Shown here: positions 16,656 to 23,718 of the stretch, one piece after another | Position numbering within the stretch: position 1 is the stretch's first letter | Layout of the letters: each line of letters opens with the position of its first letter | From: a virus | Taxonomy: Duplodnaviria > Caudoviricetes | Length of the DNA stretch: 28,143 nucleotides | IMG/VR virus record: IMGVR_UViG_3300009602_000064 | Location: 1-28,143 of that record | Strand: one strand, 5' to 3' | Program-made: the position numbers and the translations under genes | Notes under the pieces: generated by a model | The model's database searches: none | Seen by the model: the letters and a program-made list of their open reading frames with translations, nothing else | What the model was told of the DNA's origin: nothing

Positions 16656-16911
16656 CTTTAAGGTCACCAATCACTGCGACGAATGTGATGGCGAGGGAAT
16701 TATCGAGCGCCGCACGTCAGTGGATTCCTTTCGCGCCAACCCATGCGAGTGGTGCGATGGGTACGGGGAAACCATCGACCAAGTCGAGTACGAAAGCGTA
16801 GACGAAGTGCGCGACGATTATCCTCGCGCAACATCGATACGACGCATTCCCAGCGCCAATGGCGCAGTGCTGGAAATGCCTGTTGAAAACAGCGCCCCAA
16901 CGCGGAGGTAA
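16648..16911 (+). CDS. DnaJ-type zinc-finger (CxxCxGxG) protein
   Basis: CDECDGEG and CEWCDGYG; GGGAG SD before ATG 16648. Confidence 0.7.
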   Translation: MADFKVTNHCDECDGEGIIERRTSVDSFRANPCEWCDGYGETIDQVEYESVDEVRDDYPRATSIRRIPSANGAVLEMPVENSAPTRR

Positions 16912-16915
16912 AAAA

Positions 16916-17557
16916 GTGACGAATATTATCATAGCGGCCCCGAGAATTCGGGAGCTGCATCTGGGAATCACCGGCAAAAGTGGCTTGATTTGCCACAATT
17001 TCTCCGAGAAATCGCGTTTGCAAATGCAGGAGACCCAGGCCAAGGCGGCGAAGGGCCCAAAGATCGCCCGCGATCCAGAGGCCGAGTACGAGGGTGCGTT
17101 CTACAGGCTGGAAGGGGGCGGCTACGGATTCCCCTGCGCGGGGTTCAAAAAGTCCGCCATCCGGGCGGCCAAGATGCTCGACGGCGTGAACATGACGGAC
17201 GCCAGACAGATGTTTTTTATCTCGGCTGACGACCGGGACACCACGGGCGTAGATTGTGTGCGGATTCACGGCACACCGGAGATGCGAACGGACACGGTTC
17301 GGCTTGCCAAGGGTGTGGCCGATCTACGCTATCGGCCAGAGTTTCGGGATTGGTCTTGTACGCTCAAAATCAGCTACGACGAAGACCTGATCAGCGGTTC
17401 TCAGATCGTGAATCTGTTCATGCGAGCGGGTTTGCAGGTCGGCGTTGGTGATTGGCGTCCCGAAAAGGATGGCGATTTCGGGCGCTTTCTTGTCGGTGAA
17501 CAAGACGTTCTTGAGACCGGCCTGGAGACAGTCGAGAAAGAGAAAGCTGCTGCTTGA
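16916..17557 (+). CDS. Solitary Cas7/RAMP-like (RRM-fold) protein, Vipr-like effector
   Basis: GTG 16916 after GGAGG; N-terminal strand ITGKSGLICH, FPCAGFKKS (RAMP 'IPgssfKG'-like), RYRPEF..W, and a C-terminal Gly-rich loop AGLQVGVGDWRPEKDGDFGRF; no other cas genes in the window. Confidence 0.72.
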   Translation: MTNIIIAAPRIRELHLGITGKSGLICHNFSEKSRLQMQETQAKAAKGPKIARDPEAEYEGAFYRLEGGGYGFPCAGFKKSAIRAAKMLDGVNMTDARQMFFISADDRDTTGVDCVRIHGTPEMRTDTVRLAKGVADLRYRPEFRDWSCTLKISYDEDLISGSQIVNLFMRAGLQVGVGDWRPEKDGDFGRFLVGEQDVLETGLETVEKEKAAA

Positions 17558-18030
17558 TGGCAGCACGGGAAAGCAAGATTGCGGCGGCTCTGGGCGAGAT
17601 TGCCCAGGGCCAACCGCTCACCCCCGATGCCGTGGTTGAAGTGGCCACGGACCCTGATCATGTATTGCACGATAGCTTTGAGTGGGACGACACAACCGCC
17701 GGTCACAGCTACCGCGTATGGCAAGCGCGGCGCTTGATTCGCGGCGTGAAAATTGTCACTCCCGAAGGCCAGAAGACCTCAAGATTCGTCTCGGTGAAGA
17801 TCGGAGCGCAACGCCAATACGAAGACATCCGTGTGGTCGTACAAGACGCCGACATGTGGACGGCGGTGTTGACCGACATGGCCCAGCGGTTTGGTGAGTA
17901 TGAGACCACGCTTAACGGCTTGGTTTCGATGGCTCAGACTGAAGAGCGCGGAGAAACCGCGCAAGAGCTACAGCAGCGGGTTACACGTTTGCGAAACCGG
18001 TTGGAAGAAGCGGCACAGCTACCGCTATGA
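17557..18030 (+). CDS. Conserved phage protein coupled to the RAMP-like gene
   Basis: TGATG overlap; LTPDAVVEVATDPDHVLHDSFEWDD...YRVWQARRLIR; C-terminal coiled coil. Confidence 0.7.
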   Translation: MAARESKIAAALGEIAQGQPLTPDAVVEVATDPDHVLHDSFEWDDTTAGHSYRVWQARRLIRGVKIVTPEGQKTSRFVSVKIGAQRQYEDIRVVVQDADMWTAVLTDMAQRFGEYETTLNGLVSMAQTEERGETAQELQQRVTRLRNRLEEAAQLPL

Positions 18031-18035
18031 CCGTT

Positions 18036-18349
18036 TTGACAAGGTGGGGCGAGGTCGGGCTTGTCGAGGTCGGGCCAGGATGGCGTGGCGAGGCGAGGCA
18101 GTCGAGGGGGGCGTGGTATGGCAAGGCGCGACAGGGTTAGGCACGGCGAGGCAGGCGTGGCTTGGAATTGCGGGGCACGGTCCGGCAAGGCTCGGCGAGG
18201 CGAGGTGTGGCAAGGCAGTCGAGGAGGGGCGAGGCAAGGCGCGGCGCAGCGAGGCGCGGCGCGGCGAGGCGCGGTGCGGCAGTCACGGTTCGGCGAGGCG
18301 TGGTAAGGCGAGGCTGGGCGTGGCTGGGCAAGGTCAGGCGAGGCGAGGT
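18036..18349 (+). repeat. Array of 58 NN-GGY pentamers in five units separated by 4-nt AGTC/AGGC punctuation
   Basis: Parsed by hand: units start at 18036, 18100, 18153, 18217 and 18281 (64, 53, 64, 64, 69 nt). Example: AGTC ACGGT TCGGC GAGGC GTGGT AAGGC GAGGC TGGGC GTGGC TGGGC AAGGT CAGGC GAGGC GAGGT. Ends at AATTTTT. Confidence 0.93.
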
Positions 18350-18356
18350 AATTTTT
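18036..18356 (+). ncRNA. Putative guide-RNA precursor (vrRNA-like) from the GGY/NN array
   Basis: Fills the intergenic space of a co-oriented operon downstream of the RAMP-like gene; 5-nt period is not codon-compatible; transcription is inferred. Confidence 0.6.
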
Positions 18357-18367
18357 AAGGGGAAGTA

Positions 18368-19117
18368 GTGATGGAAATTATTAAAATGCTGGGCGGGACG
18401 CTGACGTTCCGCCCCGGCAACCACCGATACGAGTGGAACAACGAGAAAGTCGACCTCAGCGTGTCAGCCGTGGCGTCGAGTTATCCTCTGGCATTCGGCG
18501 CGGCTAGCGGCTGGGCCGCAAAAGTTATTCGCGAGGAGCTTCTGCGATCCAACGGCCCCGGCGATGACAGGTTGGCGTGGGCCAAAGACGTTTGCAAAGC
18601 GCCATATAGAGCCACCAAGTCCGCCGGACATGTCGGCACCGAGGTTCATCGCTATGTTGAAGATCTTGCCCACGGCCTGAATCCTGAGCTATCGAACGAC
18701 GAGGACATTGCCAAATGTCAAACCGGCATCGGCGAATGGTTTGCGTCCAATATTGCGGAGGTTATCGATATTGAGCGCCGACTCTATTCGCTGCGCTGGC
18801 AGGTGGCCGGAACGTGCGACATGGTGGCCCGTTTAAACGATGGGAAAACGTACGTTTTGGACTGGAAAGGAGTCACCGATCTCAGCGCCAGCATCAAAGC
18901 GGGCCACATCGGCCAATTAACGGCCTACCGACATATGCTGGGCGAAACGGGCGAGCAGATTGACGGTTGCCTGCTGGTGCGGTTTTCCCGCGCTACCGGC
19001 GAGGTCGAGGCGACGCTGCTTCGCGATCACGATGCCAATGTCGCGGCGTTCGCGGCGGCGCTGCATCTGGCCCGCTATGCGGCTCAAACAGAAATCTTTG
19101 GCGCGGTTGTTTCTTAG
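18368..19117 (+). CDS. PD-(D/E)XK exonuclease
   Basis: GTEVH...ERRLYS...VAGTCDMV...VLDWKG...QLTAY motifs. Confidence 0.8.
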   Translation: MMEIIKMLGGTLTFRPGNHRYEWNNEKVDLSVSAVASSYPLAFGAASGWAAKVIREELLRSNGPGDDRLAWAKDVCKAPYRATKSAGHVGTEVHRYVEDLAHGLNPELSNDEDIAKCQTGIGEWFASNIAEVIDIERRLYSLRWQVAGTCDMVARLNDGKTYVLDWKGVTDLSASIKAGHIGQLTAYRHMLGETGEQIDGCLLVRFSRATGEVEATLLRDHDANVAAFAAALHLARYAAQTEIFGAVVS

Positions 19118-19132
19118 CCTCTCAACCGTGCC

Positions 19133-19170
19133 GGTGCGGGGGTCCGGCCAAGCCCCCGCGCCACCTTTTT
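19133..19170 (+). terminator. Rho-independent terminator-like hairpin
   Basis: GGTGCGGGGG...CCCCCGCGCC followed by ACCTTTTT. Confidence 0.5.
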
Positions 19171-19196
19171 CCGGCCAATCAGGAGACAATTAAATA

Positions 19197-19712
19197 ATGG
19201 CGGCAAACATCATCACGATGGACGTTGAGCGCATCGATCAGGGGCAGGGCAACGCCCCCGGTACGATCACCGGCATCGACGTAGACTCCGGCGAGCGAGT
19301 TTCTCTGAAGGGTTGGGCGGATACGCTTGCTGACTTCCGACCGGGCAAAACTTTCCAGTTCCAGTGGTATCTCGGCAAGGAATATCGCGGCGAACAGGAC
19401 ATGCTTGTGTCCAAACGCGGCGATGTTAAGGAAATTTTCGGCGCTGTCGCCTCGCTCGACAAATCAAATGGGTCTCAGAGCCCCTCAGACGACCTCCCAC
19501 CGGCCTTCTACGAAAAGAAGGCACCTGTGCCCCCCGCGCCCCCTATACCCGCTCCAACGACGCCACAGGGCGTTATGACGGGATCCCCCACGATCAAAGA
19601 TCGCACGATTACTTGCTTGGCGGTGATGAAATCAGTCATTGAATCGGGCGGCACCGAGGCCGATTTCGACCGCTGGATGGCTAAGCTCGACGCCACGGTG
19701 TCCAGAAGATGA
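19197..19712 (+). CDS. Hypothetical protein, possible OB-fold ssDNA-binding protein
   Basis: AGGAG SD; beta-rich N-terminus, Pro-rich linker; between the exonuclease and RusA. Confidence 0.5.
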   Translation: MAANIITMDVERIDQGQGNAPGTITGIDVDSGERVSLKGWADTLADFRPGKTFQFQWYLGKEYRGEQDMLVSKRGDVKEIFGAVASLDKSNGSQSPSDDLPPAFYEKKAPVPPAPPIPAPTTPQGVMTGSPTIKDRTITCLAVMKSVIESGGTEADFDRWMAKLDATVSRR

Positions 19713-20197
19713 TTCCGTTTTTCCATCTCACGATCCAGGGGACGCCCGTCGCGAAGGGGCGTCCCAGAGTGGCACAGAGCGGGCACGTTTACACGCCGGA
19801 GAAAACGCGCAACTACGAGCAGCGAATTAGAGAGATGACGGCCATTACGATGGCCGGTAGGTCGGCAACCAAGAGCGCGGTTATCGTTCATGTCGCGGCG
19901 ATCTTTGAGCCCCCGCCAAGCGCCCCGCGCACCCGGAAAGCGGCGCTCTTGAAGAGCGGCACGCACGCGATCAAACCGGACCTCGACAATGTCGTGAAGG
20001 CCGCGATGGACGGGATCTGCTTTGAAAATGGTGCGATCCGCGACGACAAGCAAGTCATTGAGTTATGCGCGTTTAAGCAGTACGGCGAGAACGCTTGCTT
20101 GATGCTCGACGTTTTCGAGGCCGAGAGCGTCGTGGAGCGATTCTCGAATCGCTGGCGAGCCTGGGAAAGCGGCGATGTTGCGGTGAGTCCCATATGA
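19709..20197 (+). CDS. rusA: RusA-family Holliday junction resolvase
   Basis: GTPVAKGRPR...YTPEKT...KPDLDNVVKAAMDG...DDKQV. Confidence 0.9.
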   Translation: MIPFFHLTIQGTPVAKGRPRVAQSGHVYTPEKTRNYEQRIREMTAITMAGRSATKSAVIVHVAAIFEPPPSAPRTRKAALLKSGTHAIKPDLDNVVKAAMDGICFENGAIRDDKQVIELCAFKQYGENACLMLDVFEAESVVERFSNRWRAWESGDVAVSPI

Positions 20198-20706
20198 GAT
20201 ACGGGGCGATTCTGGCAGATCCGCCGTGGGACTTTCGGGTCTGGTCCGACAAGGGAAAGGGGCGCTCACCCAGCTACCCAACAATGGTGTTCGAGAGTCT
20301 ATTTTCGCTGCCGGTCGCGGAGAAAGCGGCCCCAGACGCCGCCCTGTTTCTTTGGACGGTCGATTCCCATCTCCAGACGGCGCTCACATTGATAGATGCC
20401 TGGGGATTTATCTACAAAACCATAGCGTTCATATGGGTCAAGCCCTCCATCGGCATGGGATACTGGTCACGCAAGGAAGCGGAAGTGTGCCTGCTGGCGA
20501 CGCGGGGGAAGCCAAAGCGTTTACACGCTGACGTGCGGCAGGTGATCTCTGCGCCACGGCGGGAGCATTCGCGAAAGCCTGATCAGATTTATGCGAGCAT
20601 CGAACGCCTTGTGGGCGGTCCATATCTGGAGATGTTTGCCCGCCAACGATGGCCGGGATGGGATCAATACGGCGATCAGGTCGATAAATTCGAGGTAGCG
20701 GAGTGA
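20194..20706 (+). CDS. MT-A70 family N6-adenine methyltransferase
   Basis: ATG 20194 (ATGA overlap); ILADPPW, LFLW, WGFIYKT, GMGYWSR, HSRKPD, LEMFAR. Confidence 0.9.
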   Translation: MRYGAILADPPWDFRVWSDKGKGRSPSYPTMVFESLFSLPVAEKAAPDAALFLWTVDSHLQTALTLIDAWGFIYKTIAFIWVKPSIGMGYWSRKEAEVCLLATRGKPKRLHADVRQVISAPRREHSRKPDQIYASIERLVGGPYLEMFARQRWPGWDQYGDQVDKFEVAE

Positions 20707-20981
20707 AGGACGAACAGATCAGCCGACTCGCCCCGAGCTACGATGGGTCGATAAAGGCGCGCTGTCCCCAGTGCAGTGCCAAGCGGAAGAAAAAAACCGA
20801 TACGCCTTTGTCGATAACGCGCCAAGGGTCAGAAGTCGTTTGGTACTGTCACCATTGTCAGTTTAAGGGATTCTACGATGAGGCTAGACGCTCGTACGAT
20901 TCAGTGGGCAGCGCGAAGAAAAATCAGCGCCGAAACCCTGCGCGCGATGAACGCTGGCGGCGATCTCATACTGTTTGGTGA
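20703..20981 (+). CDS. Primase zinc-binding domain, stand-alone
   Basis: CPQCS...PLSI...WYCHHCQFKG as in Twinkle/T7 gp4 zinc-binding domains. Confidence 0.7.
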   Translation: MKDEQISRLAPSYDGSIKARCPQCSAKRKKKTDTPLSITRQGSEVVWYCHHCQFKGFYDEARRSYDSVGSAKKNQRRNPARDERWRRSHTVW

Positions 20982-22359
20982 TCGCAAACTCCCGGCCATA
21001 ACTTTCAACTATCTTGATGCTTCAGGCGAAACCGTCAACTGGAAGGCGCGGCCGCTTACCCAAAAAGACTACCGCCAGAAACCCGGTGGAACTCAGCAAT
21101 TCTTCAATCAAGCAGCGGTGCTTAATGGGCCTTTGGAAGAGGTCTATGTCACTGAAGGCGAAATGGACGCGCTTGCGCTGGTCGAGGCGGGAGTCCCCGC
21201 CCATTCCGTTCTCAGCGTGGTTGGCGGCGCACCGGCCAAGGCTACAGAAGACGCTCCCAGCGCCAAGCGTTACGAATATATCGGGGCGGCCTTGGCGGCT
21301 GGGCTGGACCGCTGCCCAAGGTTCATCTTGGTAACCGATAGCGATAGTCCAGGGCGGCATTTGCGCGCCGATTTAGCCTCCATCCTGGGGGCTGTTAAAT
21401 GCCACTGGGTGGATTTCCCCGACACGATCAAAGACGCCAACGACTTGCTGGTGGCGTGGGACGCAGAAAGACTCCATGCCTATTTACGCGCAGAGGTTCA
21501 GGAGTTTCCAATCCAGGGCGTCTACCGCCTTTCCCAGATTCCCGAGCCACCGGCCCTGGTTCTTTGGCGACCGGGATGGGCAGAATTCGAAAGCCGAATA
21601 CATCTATCGCCAACCTGTCTCAGTGTATTATCGGGCTGGCCCGGTCACGGGAAAAGCCATCTCAGCCAGCAGCTATGGGCTCAGATCGTCCGGCAGTACG
21701 ACATAAAAGTCGCGCTGATGAGCATGGAGACTCGCGAAAAACCGTTCGTCAGAAGAAACCTCAGAAGCGCCTATCACGGCAAACTAGAAACGGCGATGAC
21801 CGATTCGGAGAAGGATCAGGCAGATGCCTGGATCGAGGATCATTTCCTGTTTTTGCACCATGAGAGGAACTCCCCCGAATGGGGATGGATCATGGAAACA
21901 GTCAACGACTGCCATGCTCGCTTTGGCGTCTCGGCTGTCAGCATAGATCCATTCAACATGATCATTCCAACCTTTGACCGGCGACGCCAGACCGAGACGG
22001 AATGGATTGGCAGATGTCTGGACGACTGCACCTATCTATCGAAAGCGTGTAATTTGCACCTTCAAATCATCGCCCACCCGGCCAAGCCAATCGGGGCCGG
22101 GGTTAGAGATCCGATCACATATTCAAGCATCGCGGGCTCGCAGCACTGGGCCAATAAGAGCGATCAGATTCTGTCCATCCATCGCAATGCCTTTCAAGAC
22201 GATGACGGGACCAGAAACACCGAGGCTCGCCTGATCGTTCACAAATCCCGCTACGAAGAGCTTGGCTATCCCTGTGAAATCGCCATGAAGCTCGCTTTGG
22301 ATACTGGCTGCTTCCGCTGCACGGAATACGATACGGGCGGTTGGCGGGGGCGCGTTTAG
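20878..22359 (+). CDS. Twinkle/T7 gp4-like TOPRIM primase plus SF4 helicase
   Basis: VTEGEMDAL, DSDSPG, KDANDLL (TOPRIM); GWPGHGKS Walker A, IDPFN, IAHPAK, IAGSQHW. Confidence 0.9.
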   Translation: MRLDARTIQWAARRKISAETLRAMNAGGDLILFGDRKLPAITFNYLDASGETVNWKARPLTQKDYRQKPGGTQQFFNQAAVLNGPLEEVYVTEGEMDALALVEAGVPAHSVLSVVGGAPAKATEDAPSAKRYEYIGAALAAGLDRCPRFILVTDSDSPGRHLRADLASILGAVKCHWVDFPDTIKDANDLLVAWDAERLHAYLRAEVQEFPIQGVYRLSQIPEPPALVLWRPGWAEFESRIHLSPTCLSVLSGWPGHGKSHLSQQLWAQIVRQYDIKVALMSMETREKPFVRRNLRSAYHGKLETAMTDSEKDQADAWIEDHFLFLHHERNSPEWGWIMETVNDCHARFGVSAVSIDPFNMIIPTFDRRRQTETEWIGRCLDDCTYLSKACNLHLQIIAHPAKPIGAGVRDPITYSSIAGSQHWANKSDQILSIHRNAFQDDDGTRNTEARLIVHKSRYEELGYPCEIAMKLALDTGCFRCTEYDTGGWRGRV

Positions 22360-22622
22360 TGGCCCAGAAAATGGAGATTCTTCAGGGCGCTGCCGAAGCG
22401 GTCCAGAACCGCCACGGTAGACACGGGGACTATCGGGCCTGCCATCGGCGCATCGCTGATCTCTGGAGCGCCTATCTTGGAAAGCCGGTCACGTCTACCG
22501 ATGTGGCCCGCATGATGATCTTGCTGAAGGTCGCGCGCTCCCAAGTGGGGGACGAGTCAGATCCCGATCACGCGACCGATATCGCCGGGTACGCGGATCT
22601 TCTACAGAAGTTGGCAAGCTAA
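22359..22622 (+). CDS. DUF6378-like phage protein
   Basis: HGDY...IADLWSAYL...DVARMMILLKVAR...DIAGYA; GTG overlaps the helicase stop. Confidence 0.7.
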   Translation: MAQKMEILQGAAEAVQNRHGRHGDYRACHRRIADLWSAYLGKPVTSTDVARMMILLKVARSQVGDESDPDHATDIAGYADLLQKLAS

Positions 22623-22762
22623 CCAACCATTAGCTTACTAACCATTAGAGGCCAAAATCAAAAAAAAGCGATTTCTTTGCTTTTTTGAAAAAAAGATTCT
22701 TTGCAATTTCAAAGAGTTATTTTTGGGATCGCCCCGAAACCTATGGAATCCGGGGGGTTCAG

Positions 22763-22857
22763 CCGATTCCGAGAATCGGGGATGATATACTCTTAGTGTT
22801 AATTGCTCTTTGACATTGTGAATCAGGTTAGCGCTCTCGCGCACAAAGGAGTGTGCG
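22763..22857 (+). promoter_or_regulatory. Promoter/leader: palindrome, extended -10, boxA-like element, SD hairpin
   Basis: CCGATTC-CGA-GAATCGG (22763-22779); TGATATACT (22783-22791); TGCTCTTTGACA (22804-22815); CGCGCAC-AAAGGA-GTGTGCG directly before ATG. Confidence 0.5.
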
Positions 22858-23607
22858 ATGAAACTAAAACTAAGAGCCATCAAAGATGGTGCCGACAAGA
22901 ATACATTTTGCGGCCCATCCGTAGTCTCGGCCCTTGCCGGTATAACGACAGGTGAGGCCGCAAGGCTCATCCGAAAGAACACGGGTCGCCGGAGGATTAC
23001 CGGAACCCACTGGAGTGAAATTTTGGATGCCTTGCGCTCGTGCAATATCAAAGCTACGCCGTATAGCGCTTGTGATGACGACGGACATCGTGTGTCGTTA
23101 AGCAGGCGCGCAGGGCCAACTTTGGCACGATGGCTGAGGCTGTCAAAAAAGGACAGAACCTCGGATCGTGTGTTTCTTGTAAGCGCCGGATACCACTGGC
23201 AACTAATCAGTGGACGACGTTACACATGCGGACGGATACGAGAGATTGTATCTATCAAGGACAAGCGTGTGAAGCGCAGGGCGCGGGTTGTTGGGGTTTG
23301 GGAATTAACTTCTGATAACGTAAGAAAACCAGAGGTTGATATATCGAAGCCGAAAGACCCATACGCCAGTTCTCGTGCAGAAGCGCACAGGTTTGCGAAA
23401 AGATTGGGTTGCAGTATTGAGGTAGAGCGCCTCGACGGCTACAGAACCATCTGGATAGACGGACCCGACAGCCTGCCGCCTCAAGAGGACTTTGAGGGCA
23501 GTTATGCAAGCTATGATTGGGACGAAGCGCTCTGGCGTCTCAGGGAGTACGAATATTTGTTGAAGGAAAGAGAAAAGGCCGCTGGGGAAACAGCGACCTC
23601 TTCATAG
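22858..23607 (+). CDS. Basic protein with a C39/papain-like Cys-His motif
   Basis: FCGPSVVSAL...AGYHWQL; AAAGGAG SD. Confidence 0.55.
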   Translation: MKLKLRAIKDGADKNTFCGPSVVSALAGITTGEAARLIRKNTGRRRITGTHWSEILDALRSCNIKATPYSACDDDGHRVSLSRRAGPTLARWLRLSKKDRTSDRVFLVSAGYHWQLISGRRYTCGRIREIVSIKDKRVKRRARVVGVWELTSDNVRKPEVDISKPKDPYASSRAEAHRFAKRLGCSIEVERLDGYRTIWIDGPDSLPPQEDFEGSYASYDWDEALWRLREYEYLLKEREKAAGETATSS

Positions 23608-23648
23608 CTAAAACTTAACCATGCGAGAGGCTAGCCTGATCCGAACCC

Positions 23649-23678
23649 AAAAGGAAGCCCGCCCTTGTCGGGGCGGGC
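23649..23678 (-). terminator. Rho-independent terminator of the lysis operon
   Basis: Minus strand GCCCGCCC-CGACAA-GGGCGGGC-TTCCTTTT between convergent genes. Confidence 0.65.
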
Positions 23679-23718
23679 CTAAGTTCGTCATAGGGAGGTA
23701 CTACACGGGGATATCTTA

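Noticed and set aside
18036-18041. TTGACA as the -35 of an array promoter
   Set aside because: No -10-like hexamer 16-18 nt downstream, and it would start transcription inside the array.
18056-18075. Unit 1 NN joined without gaps (CGTTGACG) matching the promoter at 15246-15253
   Set aside because: Only 8 nt and the flanks do not extend; expected by chance.
18128-18152. Unit 2 tail decoding to A-R-Y-T-E, like the gyrase/topo IV active-site RYTE
   Set aside because: Only four to five ambiguous codons, and the upstream residues do not fit AAMRYTE.
18036-18349. Classical CRISPR array or simple microsatellite
   Set aside because: No 23-50 bp repeats with unique spacers; NN positions are too diverse and the punctuation too regular for slippage.
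17891-18424. Several overlapping Arg/Gly/Ala-rich ORFs on both strands across the pentamer array
   Set aside because: By-products of a stop-poor GC-rich 5-nt repeat; ARRG/ARQG periodic translations, no SD, and several overlap real genes.
18368-19117. Cas4
   Set aside because: The C-terminal three-Cys Fe-S cluster motif is not evident; called a generic PD-(D/E)XK nuclease.
23625-23700. Hammerhead ribozyme or anti-SD sRNA (CTGATCCGAA; minus-strand TACCTCCCT)
   Set aside because: The CUGAUGA/GAAA core is not satisfied; the hairpin is explained as a terminator; no other support.
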